32,000 nucleotides of DNA from Synechococcus sp. A15-28 (GCF_014280175.1 NZ_CP047931.1:1860001-1892000), one strand, 5' to 3'. Positions 12,171 through 22,677 are shown, counted from the first letter of the stretch. The notes: generated by a model from the sequence alone, not told the origin. Made by a program: numbers and translations.

Positions 12171-12283
12171 CTCCCAGCCCCAGTCAGACCTAGGCGGATC
12201 CCTGAATCCCAGCTTTCGGCCTGCACAGCAACAATCACCGCCTCCGCTTCAAGGAGGCATTTGTCCCTCTCATTCAAATCTTC

Positions 12284-12649
12284 GTGGCACGGATCGCCGG
12301 CGTTGACATTCCCCGCGACAAGCGGGTTGAAGTGTCCCTCACCTACATCTATGGAGTTGGCCCGACCCGGGCACGAGCCATTCTGGCTCAGACTGGTGTG
12401 AACCCCGACATCCGGGTCAAGGATCTGGAAGACGGTGACCTTCAGAAACTCCGGAATGCCGCCGATGACTACACCCTCGAGGGTGATCTGCGCCGGCAGG
12501 AGGGAATGGCGCTCAAGCGCCTTCAGGACATCGGCTGCGTCCGCGGACGACGTCATCGCATGAGCCTGCCTGTGCGCGGCCAGCGCACACGGACCAATGC
12601 CCGTACCCGTAGGGGCGCGCGCAAAACCGTGGCCGGCAAGAAGAAGTAA
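12284..12649 (+). CDS. rpsM: 30S ribosomal protein S13
   Basis: [38 protein letters not shown]...[24 protein letters not shown]. Confidence 0.98.
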   Translation: MARIAGVDIPRDKRVEVSLTYIYGVGPTRARAILAQTGVNPDIRVKDLEDGDLQKLRNAADDYTLEGDLRRQEGMALKRLQDIGCVRGRRHRMSLPVRGQRTRTNARTRRGARKTVAGKKK

Positions 12650-12685
12650 TCCCCCCCTCGTCCTTTACACGACCGTTTCCGGCCC

Positions 12686-13078
12686 ATGGCCAAACCAGCC
12701 AAGAAAACAGGCCCCAAGAAGGCCAAACGCAACGTCCCGAATGGCGTTGCTCACATCCAGAGCACCTTCAACAACACCATCGTGTCGATTACCGACACAT
12801 CCGGTGAGGTCATCTCCTGGTCCTCTGCTGGCGCCAGTGGCTTCAAGGGCGCGCGCAAGGGCACACCCTTCGCAGCCCAGACGGCAGCTGAAGCCGCTGC
12901 CCGCCGCGCCCTTGATCAGGGCATGCGCCAGATCGAGGTGCTGGTCAAAGGTCCCGGATCCGGTCGTGAGACGGCGATTCGTGCCCTGCAGGTTGCCGGA
13001 CTTGAGATCACCCTGATCCGAGACGTCACCCCGCTGCCCCACAACGGTTGCCGGCGGCCCAAGCGCCGTCGCGTCTGA
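12686..13078 (+). CDS. rpsK: 30S ribosomal protein S11
   Basis: [46 protein letters not shown]...[18 protein letters not shown]. Confidence 0.98.
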   Translation: MAKPAKKTGPKKAKRNVPNGVAHIQSTFNNTIVSITDTSGEVISWSSAGASGFKGARKGTPFAAQTAAEAAARRALDQGMRQIEVLVKGPGSGRETAIRALQVAGLEITLIRDVTPLPHNGCRRPKRRRV

Positions 13079-13122
13079 ATCGCACCAATTCCCGGTTTAC
13101 GCCCCCTACCCCGCATCAGACC

Positions 13123-14061
13123 GTGCTGCAGTACCAGATCGACCGCATCGAGCATCAGGTGGAGGAGGATCGCTCCCAGAGCGGTGTGTTCCTCATCGGT
13201 CCCCTCGAGCGGGGTCAGGCGACCACCCTCGGCAACGCCCTGCGACGGGTTCTGATGGGCGGCCTCGAAGGCAGTGCCGTCACCGCCATTCGCATTGCCG
13301 GCGTTAACCACGAGTACGCCACCGTTCCCGGTGTGCGTGAAGACGTTCTCGACATCCTTCTGAACTGCAAGGAGCTCTCCGTCAACAGCCGCTCCCCAGA
13401 GCTCGAAATCGGCCGTCTCGTGGTGGCGGGTCCTGCTGAGGTGACCGCCAACGACCTGCAGTTCTCCTCGCAGGTGGACGTGGTCGACGGCAACCGACCC
13501 ATCGCCACCGTGGCCGATGGTTACAGCCTCGAGCTTGAGGTTCATGTCGAGCGCGGTGTGGGCTACAGGCCGGTGGATCGCCACAGCGAGGACACCAGCG
13601 CCATCGACCTGCTCCAGATCGATGCCGTGTTCATGCCGGTGATTCGGGTGAATTTCACCATCGATGAAACCGCTGTCGCCGAAGGGGGCTCAGCCCGTGA
13701 GCGTCTGCGCATGGAGATCGTCACCGACGGTTCCATCACGCCCGACGATGCTCTGGCTCAGTCAGCGAACCACCTGATCGAGTTGTTCCAGCCCCTCGCC
13801 ACGGTGACCCTCGTGGAGGAGCCTGGTGTCGAGCCTGAACCCTCTGCAGAAGCCCAGATTCCTCTGGAGGAACTCAACCTTTCAGTACGGGCTTACAACT
13901 GCCTCAAGCGGGCCCAGGTCAACTCCGTCTCCGACCTCATGGGCTTCAGCTACGAGGACCTGCTGGAGATCAAGAACTTCGGTTCCAAATCCGCCGACGA
14001 GGTGATCGAAGCGCTCGAACGCATCGGCATCTCCATCCCCCAGAGCCGCACCTCTGCCTGA
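13123..14061 (+). CDS. rpoA: DNA-directed RNA polymerase subunit alpha
   Basis: [60 protein letters not shown]; GTG start preferred over the track's 13048 start, which overlaps rpsK. Confidence 0.95.
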   Translation: MLQYQIDRIEHQVEEDRSQSGVFLIGPLERGQATTLGNALRRVLMGGLEGSAVTAIRIAGVNHEYATVPGVREDVLDILLNCKELSVNSRSPELEIGRLVVAGPAEVTANDLQFSSQVDVVDGNRPIATVADGYSLELEVHVERGVGYRPVDRHSEDTSAIDLLQIDAVFMPVIRVNFTIDETAVAEGGSARERLRMEIVTDGSITPDDALAQSANHLIELFQPLATVTLVEEPGVEPEPSAEAQIPLEELNLSVRAYNCLKRAQVNSVSDLMGFSYEDLLEIKNFGSKSADEVIEALERIGISIPQSRTSA

Positions 14062-14108
14062 GATCGGCCTACCTGACCCCTTTCCCGACATCCGTCTCCG
14101 ACAGAACC

Positions 14109-14459
14109 ATGCGTCACCAATGCCGAGTTCCCCAGCTGGGCCGTCCTGCTGACCAGCGCAAGGCGATGCTCCGCGCCCTCACCACCCAGCTGATCCGCGA
14201 AGGTCGGGTGACCACCACCAAGGCCCGCGCCAAGGCCCTGCGCGACGAAGCGGAGCGGATGATCACCCTCGCCAAGGACGGCAGCCTGGCCTCCCGTCGT
14301 CGGGCTCTGGGCTACATCTACGACAAGCAATTGGTGCACGCTCTGTTCGACAAGGCACCCGACCGCTACAGCGACCGCAAGGGTGGTTACACCCGCATCA
14401 CCCGCACGGTGCCCCGTCGTGGCGACAACGCCGAGATGGCGATCATCGAACTGGTCTGA
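14109..14459 (+). CDS. rplQ: 50S ribosomal protein L17
   Basis: [58 protein letters not shown]. Confidence 0.98.
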   Translation: MRHQCRVPQLGRPADQRKAMLRALTTQLIREGRVTTTKARAKALRDEAERMITLAKDGSLASRRRALGYIYDKQLVHALFDKAPDRYSDRKGGYTRITRTVPRRGDNAEMAIIELV

Positions 14460-14487
14460 TCCCCGCCCCCTGCGTCAGTTCTGACGT

Positions 14488-15387
14488 TTGAGCTCCGAAC
14501 CCTCGTCTGCAACTCCTGAGTCCCCGGTCCTTCGTCGGATCGCCCTCAGCCTGCAGTACGAGGGTTCTGCCTTTTGCGGATGGCAGCGACAACGCAATGG
14601 CCACAGCGTTCAGGCTCAACTGGAAGCGGCCATCGAGCAGCTGGATCCGCACCGACCGATCCAGACCTTCGCTGCGGGGAGAACCGACGCCGGCGTTCAT
14701 GCCGCGGGGCAGGTGGTGCATTTCGACTGTGGTGACAGGATTCCCCCCTCCAAATGGGCTCCAGCCCTGAACGGACGGTTGCCGTCCACAATCCGGGTGA
14801 GGGAGTCGGTGCCGCGGCCCATGGATTGGCACGCCTGCTACTCGGCCACCTACCGGCGCTATCGCTACACCATTCACAACGGTCGGCGGCCCAACCTGTT
14901 CCTCGCCCGCTGGAGTTGGCACCGCTATCGGCTCCGGCTGGATGAGTCCCGGATGCGGGACGCCCTCAACGGCATGCTCGGGCTCCATGACTTCAGCGCG
15001 TTCATGCGGGCCGGAAGCCGGCGGGCCCACGCCCGCACCACGGTTCAGGAGGTGGAGCTTGTGCGCCAGGGCGACATACTTCGCGTCGAGATCCAGGCCA
15101 GTGGGTTCCTTTACGGCATGGTTCGCCTGCTGATGGCTCAGCTGGTGGCCGTGGGCGAACACCGTCTGTCCGTCGGAGATTTCGAGCAGAGCTGGCGTCA
15201 GCGACGACGCCACGAGGTGAAGGAAGCCGCTCCTGGCCACGGGCTGTGCCTGCTCAGGGCAGGGTATGAGGACGACATCTTCACCAGAGCAGGCTGGTAC
15301 GATTGCCAACCTTGGTTTTTTCTGGCGGAGAGTGATCCCCCACCGGATCCTCCGCCTCTGCCGGAAGCAAGCGGATCTGAACTCTGA
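14488..15387 (+). CDS. truA: tRNA pseudouridine(38-40) synthase TruA
   Basis: [32 protein letters not shown]...[19 protein letters not shown]...[16 protein letters not shown]. Confidence 0.95.
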   Translation: MSSEPSSATPESPVLRRIALSLQYEGSAFCGWQRQRNGHSVQAQLEAAIEQLDPHRPIQTFAAGRTDAGVHAAGQVVHFDCGDRIPPSKWAPALNGRLPSTIRVRESVPRPMDWHACYSATYRRYRYTIHNGRRPNLFLARWSWHRYRLRLDESRMRDALNGMLGLHDFSAFMRAGSRRAHARTTVQEVELVRQGDILRVEIQASGFLYGMVRLLMAQLVAVGEHRLSVGDFEQSWRQRRRHEVKEAAPGHGLCLLRAGYEDDIFTRAGWYDCQPWFFLAESDPPPDPPPLPEASGSEL

Positions 15388-15531
15388 TTGCTGCTCTTCT
15401 CATCAGGAGAAGGGCCCTGTCGAAGAGTAAGCTCGATCCTTGAGCTCCCGTCAGGTCCTCCTCTGGACCAGACCATCCCTGACCAGCTCTGCCATCCCGG
15501 CTGAGCAATTCCGAACCGGCATGCCGGCGCG

Positions 15532-15984
15532 ATGAACAAGACCTCCCTTCCTCAGACTGATTCTCTCGATCGCCAGTGGTATCTGGTGGACGCTGAGAAC
15601 AAGACCCTCGGGCGCCTCGCCACCGAGGTTGCCGCTGTTCTGCGCGGCAAAAACAACCCGAGCTTCACCCCCCATCTGGACACCGGCGATTTCGTCGTGG
15701 TGGTGAATGCCGAGAAGATCCGGGTGAGTGGCAGCAAGCCAACCCAGAAGCTGTATCGCCGTCACTCCGGTCGTCCCGGCGGCATGAAGACCGAAACCTT
15801 CGAGGCGCTGCAGGAGCGCATCCCCGAGCGGATCGTTGAAAAGGCGATCAAGGGCATGCTTCCCCACAACGCCCTCGGCCGTCAGATGTTCCGCAAACTC
15901 AAGGTGTACAAGGGCAGCGAGCATCCCCATGCCGCCCAGAAGCCTCAGCCTCTTCAGCTCAACCCCTCTGCATCCGCCCAATGA
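15532..15984 (+). CDS. rplM: 50S ribosomal protein L13
   Basis: [50 protein letters not shown]. Confidence 0.98.
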   Translation: MNKTSLPQTDSLDRQWYLVDAENKTLGRLATEVAAVLRGKNNPSFTPHLDTGDFVVVVNAEKIRVSGSKPTQKLYRRHSGRPGGMKTETFEALQERIPERIVEKAIKGMLPHNALGRQMFRKLKVYKGSEHPHAAQKPQPLQLNPSASAQ

Positions 15985-16382
15985 GCAGCAATTCCGTCGT
16001 CTACTGGGGCACTGGTCGCCGTAAGACCTCCGTCGCCCGCGTTCGCCTTGTCCCCGGCAACGGCACGATCACCATCAATGGTCGTCCTGGTGACAACTAC
16101 CTGAATTACAACCCCGCCTACATCGCAGCGGTGAAAGCTCCCCTCGAGACCCTCGGTCTCGGCACGGAGTACGACATCCTCGTCAACGTTCACGGTGGCG
16201 GACTCACCGGCCAGTCGGGAGCCATCAAGCAAGGAGCCGCCCGTGCTCTCTGTGAATTGTCAGCCGACAACCGCAAGCCCCTCAAGACCGAAGGCCACCT
16301 CAGCCGTGACCCCCGAGCCAAGGAACGTCGCAAGTACGGTCTCAAGAAAGCTCGTAAGGCTCCTCAGTTCTCCAAGCGCTGA
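15981..16382 (+). CDS. rpsI: 30S ribosomal protein S9
   Basis: [40 protein letters not shown]...[25 protein letters not shown]. Confidence 0.98.
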   Translation: MSSNSVVYWGTGRRKTSVARVRLVPGNGTITINGRPGDNYLNYNPAYIAAVKAPLETLGLGTEYDILVNVHGGGLTGQSGAIKQGAARALCELSADNRKPLKTEGHLSRDPRAKERRKYGLKKARKAPQFSKR

Positions 16383-16392
16383 TTTTCTACCC

Positions 16393-16647
16393 ATGCCCAA
16401 GCCCGACATCCATCCCACCTGGTATCCCGATGCCAAGGTGATCTGCAACGGCGAAGTTGTGATGACCACCGGCTCCACCCAGCCGGAGATTCACGTCGAC
16501 GTCTGGAGTGGCAACCACCCCTTCTTCACCGGCACCCAGAAGATCCTTGACACCGAAGGCCGCGTCGATCGCTTCATGAAGAAGTACGGCATGGGCAAGA
16601 AGAAGGCTGGCGACAAAGCCAAGGCCGAGGCCAAAACAGACGCGTAG
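16393..16647 (+). CDS. rpmE: 50S ribosomal protein L31
   Basis: MPKPDIHPTWYPDAKVICNGEVVMTTGSTQPEIHVDVWSGNHPFFTGTQKILDTEGRVDRF; internal Met of ORF 16195..16647. Confidence 0.96.
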   Translation: MPKPDIHPTWYPDAKVICNGEVVMTTGSTQPEIHVDVWSGNHPFFTGTQKILDTEGRVDRFMKKYGMGKKKAGDKAKAEAKTDA

Positions 16648-16667
16648 TTCTGATGTGAGCCCGGGGC

Positions 16668-17765
16668 ATGGACGCCTCGACCCTTGTTGCGCGGCTTGAG
16701 GCCGCTACAGCCAGCTTCCGCAACCTTGAGCGGCAGCTGGCTGATCCTGATGTGGCGGCCGACCCCACACGATTGGAAAAAATTGCCCGGGAACGGGCAC
16801 GGCTCGAACCCCTGGTGCTCGGCTTCGAAGAGCTGCAGGGATTGGAAGAAGAGCAGCAACAGACGCGCGAGCTGCTGAAGGAAAGCCGCGGGGATGCAGC
16901 CATGGAGGAGCTGGCCCAGGAGGACCTTGCCAGCCTCAACAGTCGCCACGCCGAGCTGACTGAGACGCTCACCCTGGCCCTGTTGCCCCGTGACCCCCGC
17001 GATGAACGCAGCGTCATGCTGGAGATCAGAGCAGGGGCGGGTGGCGATGAAGCCTGCATCTGGGCCGGTGATCTGGCGCGCATGTACGAGCGATACAGCC
17101 AGAAGCTGGGCTGGAACGTACAACCCATCAGCAGCAATGAAGCGGACCTGGGGGGATTTCGGGAACTGATCCTCTCGGTCAAGGGGGACAGCGTGTTCAG
17201 TCAGCTCAAGTTCGAAGCCGGAGTGCATCGGGTGCAGCGGGTCCCGGCCACCGAATCCCAGGGACGCGTTCATACCTCCACAGCCACCGTCGCCGTGATG
17301 CCCGAGGCTGATGCCGTGGAGGTGCAGCTGGACCCCAAGGATCTGGAGATCAGCACCGCCCGCTCCGGCGGAGCCGGTGGCCAGAACGTCAACAAGGTGG
17401 AAACCGCCGTGGACCTGCTCCACAAACCCAGCGGCATCCGTGTGTTCTGCACCCAGGAGCGTTCACAGCTGCAGAACCGGGAACGGGCCCTGGAGATCCT
17501 GCGAGCCAAGCTGCTGGAGCAGGAGCAACGGGAGGCGGCAGCGCGCGAGAGCAGCGACCGGCGCGCCCAGGTGGGTAGCGGAGATCGCAGTGAAAAGATC
17601 CGCACTTACAACTACAAGGACAACCGCACCACCGATCACCGGCTGGGCAGGAACTTCTCCTTGGAACCCGTGCTGGACGGTCAGCTCGAGGATTTGATCG
17701 GTGCCTGCATTGCGGACGAGCAACGGCAGAAACTGGAAGCCCTCAGCCAACAGAGCGAAGACTGA
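16668..17765 (+). CDS. prfA: Peptide chain release factor 1
   Basis: [25 protein letters not shown] ... [31 protein letters not shown]; GGQ motif. Confidence 0.97.
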   Translation: MDASTLVARLEAATASFRNLERQLADPDVAADPTRLEKIARERARLEPLVLGFEELQGLEEEQQQTRELLKESRGDAAMEELAQEDLASLNSRHAELTETLTLALLPRDPRDERSVMLEIRAGAGGDEACIWAGDLARMYERYSQKLGWNVQPISSNEADLGGFRELILSVKGDSVFSQLKFEAGVHRVQRVPATESQGRVHTSTATVAVMPEADAVEVQLDPKDLEISTARSGGAGGQNVNKVETAVDLLHKPSGIRVFCTQERSQLQNRERALEILRAKLLEQEQREAAARESSDRRAQVGSGDRSEKIRTYNYKDNRTTDHRLGRNFSLEPVLDGQLEDLIGACIADEQRQKLEALSQQSED

Positions 17766-17773
17766 CCCTCAGC

Positions 17774-18274
17774 TCAGGCCCCGATCACATATTTGGCCCA
17801 TTCACTGTGGCGGCCGGAATGAATCTGACGCGTGGCCTCAAAGCTGAGGCTGCTCAGAGGTCGGCGCGGCACTCGCATCAGCGGCATATCTGCTTCCTTG
17901 GGGGTGCGGTTGCCCTTGCGCACATTGCAGCTCAGACAGGCCGTGGTGACGTTTTCCCAGGTGTCACAACCACCCCGGCTGCGAGGCACCACATGATCGA
18001 TCGACAGCGGCTCATTACGGCAGCCGCAGTACTGACAGCTGTGGTTGTCGCGGTGAAACAGGTTGCGCCTCGTCAGCGGAAGCTGACGGAAGGGCACCCG
18101 CACGTACTGGCGCAGACGGATGACGGTCGGGAGATGGGTGCCACGCCGAATCTCACGGGTGGAATCCTGCTCGAGACTCTCAGCCTTGCCTTTGAGCATC
18201 ATCACCATGGCGCGGCGCCAGGTGGTGATGTTCAACGGCTCGTAGGACGCGTTGAGAACGAGAACCTGGCCCAT
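17774..18274 (-). CDS. HNH endonuclease family protein
   Basis: MGQVLVLNASYEPLNITTWRRAMVMMLKGKAE...CQYCGCRNEPLSIDHVVPRSRGGCDTWENVTTACLSCNVRKGNRTPKEADM; HNH with CxxC pairs; internal Met of ORF 17774..18367. Confidence 0.88.
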   Translation of the reverse strand: MGQVLVLNASYEPLNITTWRRAMVMMLKGKAESLEQDSTREIRRGTHLPTVIRLRQYVRVPFRQLPLTRRNLFHRDNHSCQYCGCRNEPLSIDHVVPRSRGGCDTWENVTTACLSCNVRKGNRTPKEADMPLMRVPRRPLSSLSFEATRQIHSGRHSEWAKYVIGA

Positions 18275-18348
18275 GCCAGCTCCCTGAATACAATTCATGC
18301 TATCGATCTCACCAAGCCCCCCTTTGTAACGCTGAGCACCAAAGCCCA

Positions 18349-19479
18349 ATGTCGGAGCTAAGTCCACGCCAGCGCGCCTGGTTGGAGGTTTCCCCCACAG
18401 CCATCGAGGCCAACTGCCGGCTGCTGCGCCATCAGCTGGCGCCAGGCTGTCAATTCATGGCGGTGGTGAAAGCCGACGGCTATGGCCATGGCGCCGTCAC
18501 TGTGGCGCGAGCCGCTCTCCGCGGTGGCGCTTCAAGCCTCGGGGTGGCCACTCTTCAAGAAGGTCTGGAGCTCCGCACCGCCGGCATCGAGGCCCCAGTG
18601 CTGATCCTCAGCGCCCTTCGAAGCCCGGAGGATCTCAGCTGTTGCCTGGACGGGCGACTGATGCCCACCCTGAGCGGCCTGGACGAGGCGAAGACCGCCG
18701 CAGCGATCGCCGCTGAACGGGGAACCGATCGCTTTCCGGTGCAGCTGAAACTCGACACGGGCATGGCCCGACTGGGGGGCGAATGGCAGGAGGGCGCTGG
18801 GTTGGTGCAATCCATCCGCGCCCTGCCGCAGCTGGAGCTGGTGGGCCTCTACAGCCACCTCGCCTGCGCAGACGAGCCCGATGATCAGCTCACCCAAGTG
18901 CAGCTGCAGCGCTTTCGATCTGTCATTGAGGCCCTGCCGGATGGCGGCAGGGGCCTGTGCTGCCATCTGGCCAATTCCGCCGGCACCATGCAGTCCCCCA
19001 GCCTGCACCTGGACATGGTGCGGGTCGGTCTGGCCCTCTACGGCCAAGCCCCCGCCAGCCACCTCGGGCGGGACCTTCCACTGCAGCCTGCCTTGGCGGT
19101 GAAGGCACGTGTCAGCCTGATCCGGGAGGTGCCGAGCGGCAGCGGCGTCAGCTACGGCCATCGCTTTGTCACCAGTCGTCCATCGCGTCTCGCCGTGATC
19201 GGGATCGGCTATGCCGACGGCGTGGTCCGGGCCCTGAGCGGCCGAATCGAGGTTCTGCACGGCGGCCGCAGGCTGCCGCAGGTGGGCAACATCACCATGG
19301 ACCAGATCATCCTGGATGCCACCGATGTTGATGACCTGACAGTGGGTGACATCGTCACGCTGCTGGGGCAGGACGGATCTGAACGCATCAGTCCAGAGGA
19401 GTGGAGCACTCGCTGCAACACGATCCCCTGGGAAATCCTCTGTGGTTTCAAACATCGCCTGCCGCGGGTCGAGATCTGA
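18349..19479 (+). CDS. alr: Alanine racemase
   Basis: AWLEVSPTAIEANCRLLRHQLAPGCQFMAVVKADGYGHGAVTVARAAL ... VKARVSLIREVPSGSGVSYGHRFVT ... VTLLGQDG. Confidence 0.96.
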   Translation: MSELSPRQRAWLEVSPTAIEANCRLLRHQLAPGCQFMAVVKADGYGHGAVTVARAALRGGASSLGVATLQEGLELRTAGIEAPVLILSALRSPEDLSCCLDGRLMPTLSGLDEAKTAAAIAAERGTDRFPVQLKLDTGMARLGGEWQEGAGLVQSIRALPQLELVGLYSHLACADEPDDQLTQVQLQRFRSVIEALPDGGRGLCCHLANSAGTMQSPSLHLDMVRVGLALYGQAPASHLGRDLPLQPALAVKARVSLIREVPSGSGVSYGHRFVTSRPSRLAVIGIGYADGVVRALSGRIEVLHGGRRLPQVGNITMDQIILDATDVDDLTVGDIVTLLGQDGSERISPEEWSTRCNTIPWEILCGFKHRLPRVEI

Positions 19480-19516
19480 CCGACTGTCCAACGCTTGGTA
19501 AGCTGGGTATGCAACT

Positions 19517-19605
19517 GGAGAGGTGGCTGAGTGGTTGAAAGCGGCTCCCTGCTAAGGAGTTACAGGAGGCAACTTCTGTCGAGGGTTCGAATCCCTCCCT
19601 CTCCG
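19517..19605 (+). tRNA. tRNA-Ser (anticodon GCT)
   Basis: GGAGAGG acceptor ... CTCCCTGCTAAGGAG anticodon arm ... long variable arm ... GGTTCGAATCC T-loop ... CCTCTCC acceptor, G discriminator. Confidence 0.95.
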
Positions 19606-19855
19606 TTGAAAACCTGATTTAGGAGTTCTCAGAAGATCCCAAATCTGGCCAAATCAAAGACCACCACTGGGAAGTGCATCCCTAGGGAGCTTCCATTGTG
19701 CCCCGAAGTCCCTTCGTTGTCATGGGGGAATTTGTGGGGGAACCGGTCTCATAGCAAACCAGGCAGTCTGACTGCGCGGCAATGGATCCCAAGCGAACAT
19801 GTGGGGGATAAGCATTCACCAAGCCGACATCGACCATCTCAGGTCCAAGCCATCC

Positions 19856-20119
19856 ATGTCACTCCGCAAGAACTTCGACTCATTCACCTCAGAGCACAAG
19901 CTCCGTGACGCTCAGGAGGAATTCACGCACGCCGTTTATCGGTTTCGGGCAGCAGAGGAGGTCAAGGCCCCGAATCTGATCGCCTTGAAGCGAGAAATGG
20001 AGTTCTTAGAACGGAAGGTCGAGTACTGCCGGCAATGCGTCTATGCGGGACAACCGGTTGAGGAATACGCCGAATGGTCTGAGCTTCCAGAGCGGTGCCC
20101 TAAGCCAGCTTGGGCTTGA
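19856..20119 (+). CDS. Hypothetical protein
   Basis: MSLRKNFDSFTSEHKLRDAQEEFTHAVYRFRAAEEVKAPNLIALKREMEFLERKVEYCRQCVYAGQPVEEYAEWSELPERCPKPAWA; protein-like composition, no recognised family. Confidence 0.5.
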   Translation: MSLRKNFDSFTSEHKLRDAQEEFTHAVYRFRAAEEVKAPNLIALKREMEFLERKVEYCRQCVYAGQPVEEYAEWSELPERCPKPAWA

Positions 20120-20176
20120 AGCTCTGGGCGCTGACGCGGCGAAAGCAGATGGGCTGGATAACTGCACTGTTTGTTC

Positions 20177-20199
20177 AAAAAAATGCCCCTCGACGGGGC
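20177..20199 (-). terminator. Possible rho-independent terminator reading the minus strand
   Basis: Minus strand: GCCCC-GTCGA-GGGGC-AT-TTTTTTT (plus: aaaaaaatgcccctcgacggggc). Confidence 0.4.
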
Positions 20200-20369
20200 G
20201 CTTGCTTGCCGACTGCCAATGCGATTGCCCCTGAGCAAGACGGCAAGACCTTTCAGGACAGGGGGAAGGATGCAGTGGTGGAGAAAGTTATGGATGGCAA
20301 CTGAGGAGATGTTCTCGACTGCACAAGCGGGCTAACCATTGGCATCCTTAGCTAAGAAGTCAGGCTCTG

Positions 20370-20531
20370 ATGGCACGAATCGGCAACAAAAAAGCGTTCA
20401 CCATCCATCTGAGCGATGAGATGGCGGCAATGATTGACCTCAAGCGCAAGGAGTGGGGCCTCAAAAGTCGAGGTGAAGTGATAGAGCGGCTTCTCGGTTG
20501 GATGATTGAGCCCACCGATTCCGATGGGTAG
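20370..20531 (+). CDS. Small ribbon-helix-helix-like protein (53 aa)
   Basis: Manual translation MARIGNKKAFTIHLSDEMAAMIDLKRKEWGLKSRGEVIERLLGWMIEPTDSDG*; beta-strand then two helices with SRGEVIERLL pattern as in RHH regulators. Confidence 0.55.
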   Translation: MARIGNKKAFTIHLSDEMAAMIDLKRKEWGLKSRGEVIERLLGWMIEPTDSDG

Positions 20532-20976
20532 TCGCAACGTCTCAGACCTGATCAAGCAACTCTTTGAGATCTCACGACAACTAGAGGCTGAGATCCCAGG
20601 CAGAAACTTTCTTCCCAGCGGTCAACAACTTGGAAACCTTGGAGAGGTCTTAGTTGCTGAGGCTTTCGGACTAAACCTTTGCAAGGCAATGACGAAGGGA
20701 ATTGATGCCCATACAGAAGATGGGCGAATGGTTCAGATCAAGACTGTTACGAGCAGATCTGCTGGGGTCCATCTCTCCAAGCGGCGTCCCAGCGTGAACA
20801 CGTACCTAATCGCAATCGAACTCAAACCAGATGGCACCTTTGAGGTGATCTACAACGGGCCTGAGATGCATGCGTGGCTTGTTCGCCAGTCAGGGAAGCC
20901 ATTCGTCTCGATGGGTCCTTTCCTGAAAGCTGCTGAAGCAATTCCGATGGACAAGCAACTCCCCTGTGTTGATTAA
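20524..20976 (+). CDS. Probable DUF6998-like (restriction-endonuclease-like fold) protein
   Basis: GEVLVAEAFGLNLCKAMTKGIDAHTEDGRMVQIKTV: E...D...QxK arrangement typical of PD-(D/E)XK-like cores; overlaps the upstream RHH-like gene by 8 bp. Confidence 0.5.
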   Translation: MGSRNVSDLIKQLFEISRQLEAEIPGRNFLPSGQQLGNLGEVLVAEAFGLNLCKAMTKGIDAHTEDGRMVQIKTVTSRSAGVHLSKRRPSVNTYLIAIELKPDGTFEVIYNGPEMHAWLVRQSGKPFVSMGPFLKAAEAIPMDKQLPCVD

Positions 20977-21070
20977 CAGGGCTAACCCCTGACCAAGCGT
21001 CAGAGGCGTGGCGGGAAAGCTTGGAACGAAGGAGGAGTGCTGAGGCCAGACTGGAGATGACTCAATCACC

Positions 21071-21691
21071 GTGATGAACGAGGGCATCGTCTACGTCCTG
21101 ACCAATCCCGCCATGCCGAAGCTGGTGAAGATCGGAAAGACAGGTCGTGGTGTCGAGACGCGTCTGAACGACCTCTACACAACTGGCGTACCCCTGCCGT
21201 TTGAGTGCGCCTATGCCGCAAGGGTGGAGGACATGGACAAGGTGGAGAAAGCCTTCCACAACGCCTTTGGGCCATACAGGGTCAACCCAAGAAGGGAGTT
21301 CTTTGAGATTGAGCCCGAGCAGGCGATTGGGCTGCTGGATCTGATGAAGTTGGAGGACATGACTCCGGCAATGCAGGCTGAAGCCGAACAGGTGGACGTT
21401 CAGGCGAAAGCCTCAGCAGAGAAGCTCAAGCGTTCTCGTCGCCCCAACCTCAATTACATAGAGATGGGCATCCCTATTGGAAGCACCCTTCTGTATCAAG
21501 GGGATGGAGAGACCACTTGCACAGTTGCCGATGGCCGCAACGTCAGCTTTGAAGGGAGGACCCTCTCACTGACCAAGCTGACCAAAGAGCTACGACAGCA
21601 GCCAGATCGACCAATTCGCGGCCCTGCTCATTGGTCTTACAACGGACGACTTTTGGGGGAAATGTACGAAGAGACTTACGGAGAAGACTGA
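21071..21691 (+). CDS. GIY-YIG nuclease family protein (T5orf172/Meiotically-up-regulated-113-like) with C-terminal RAMA/DUF4357-like domain
   Basis: EGIVYVLTNPAMPKLVKIGKTGRGVETRLNDLYTTGVPLPFECAYAARVEDMDKVEKAFHNAFGPYRVNPRREFFEI ... DGRNVSFEGRTLSLTKLTKELR...GPAHWSYNGRLLGEMYEETY. Confidence 0.85.
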   Translation: MMNEGIVYVLTNPAMPKLVKIGKTGRGVETRLNDLYTTGVPLPFECAYAARVEDMDKVEKAFHNAFGPYRVNPRREFFEIEPEQAIGLLDLMKLEDMTPAMQAEAEQVDVQAKASAEKLKRSRRPNLNYIEMGIPIGSTLLYQGDGETTCTVADGRNVSFEGRTLSLTKLTKELRQQPDRPIRGPAHWSYNGRLLGEMYEETYGED

Positions 21692-21861
21692 TCTACATCC
21701 AACGCAATATTAGAAGAAGAGGCCAGCATCAAGGCGACTCAATGAAGCGAGATACTGGCTAAGAGTTCTGAATAGGAAGCTGATTCTCCCGCAATGACAA
21801 TGTCAACCTGTCCGCACTGCTGAAGCTTGATTGACAAATTTAATAAACCAATTTAATATAA

Positions 21862-22191
21862 ATGCATTGCAAGGCAGTCGCTTGCGATATCACTTACCTT
21901 ATCTTTAAGATGAAATCAACGAAATCTGCATGGTCTACCCACCTGGGCTTTAATATCTCCAAAGCAAAGCAAGAGCTTGGCGATGAGTTCCCAAGAAACT
22001 ACAACTCGCTCCTCAAAAAATGCGTATTAAGCGAAACTTCTAAACAAATCCTAGACATATATGCCGGGGACAAACGCTCACCAATTGATTACGATGCTTT
22101 CCTTGCGAGATTCTGCGACAAAGCCAAGTACAGGGCTGGAGTTATCGAGGCGATAAAGTGGACTCTTGAAGCCATGCAGCTTGGCAACTGA
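21862..22191 (+). CDS. Hypothetical protein (AT-rich)
   Basis: ORF 109 aa, MHCKAVACDITYLIFKMKSTKSAWSTHLGFNISKAKQELGDEFPRNYNSLLKKCVLSE...; no recognised family. Confidence 0.4.
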   Translation: MHCKAVACDITYLIFKMKSTKSAWSTHLGFNISKAKQELGDEFPRNYNSLLKKCVLSETSKQILDIYAGDKRSPIDYDAFLARFCDKAKYRAGVIEAIKWTLEAMQLGN

Positions 22192-22252
22192 ATGATCTCG
22201 TCAATCCACAACTCGCAGTGGTAGAAAATAATTAGCGCGCCATCCCACCAGC

Positions 22253-22495
22253 ATGGCAACCCGCCTGATCACACCGAGCCAGCTGTCACTGTTCAGCATC
22301 AGCCCAGTGATCGGGGCCTGGTGGGAAGAGTTGCAGGCGCAGAATCTGTTTGAAGGCAGCAAGCCAGCGGTGAGTGAGCTGGATCAGCAGCTGGTGGCCG
22401 AATACGAGGCAAGGGGCGACTGGCTGCCCACCCCTCAACCTGCGAAAGCCAGTGCCAACAGACGTCAAGCAAAAGCACCCACCCGCTGTGGTTAG
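22253..22495 (+). pseudogene. Truncated duplicate of the 5' end of the downstream RecB-like nuclease-helicase gene
   Basis: MATRLITPSQLSLFSISPVIGAWWEELQAQNLFEGSKPAVSELDQQL then unrelated tail; matches residues 1-47 of ORF 24095..27571. Confidence 0.85.
22265..22393 (+). repeat. Direct repeat copy 1 (129 bp)
   Basis: Manual alignment to 24107..24235 without gaps, 8 mismatches in 129 bp. Confidence 0.95.
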
Positions 22496-22650
22496 GTAGA
22501 ACCAACCACCACAGCACTTGTGCCTCGGATCAGGCTGTCGACGTAGTTCTGAACTATCAGCTCGATCTGTCCAGTGGCGCCCTTCCCATTACTAAAGGCA
22601 TCAACAATCAACTGAGGCCGCCAATAGAACAGCAGTGTAATGGCGCTCAT
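22492..22650 (-). CDS. Possible small ORF, hypothetical (52 aa)
   Basis: Manual translation MSAITLLFYWRPQLIVDAFSNGKGATGQIELIVQNYVDSLIRGTSAVVVGST*; overlaps the truncated copy's end; no family recognised. Confidence 0.2.
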   Translation of the reverse strand: MSAITLLFYWRPQLIVDAFSNGKGATGQIELIVQNYVDSLIRGTSAVVVGST

Positions 22651-22677
22651 ATCCGCAATCACTGATCACAGCATTCT

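Noticed and set aside
14443-15309. 288-aa minus-strand ORF opposite truA
   Set aside because: truA has clear family motifs on the plus strand; the antisense frame does not.
16491-17423. 310-aa minus-strand ORF opposite prfA
   Set aside because: Shadow of prfA, which carries the GGQ motif.
18532-19491. 319-aa minus-strand ORF opposite alr
   Set aside because: Shadow of alr.
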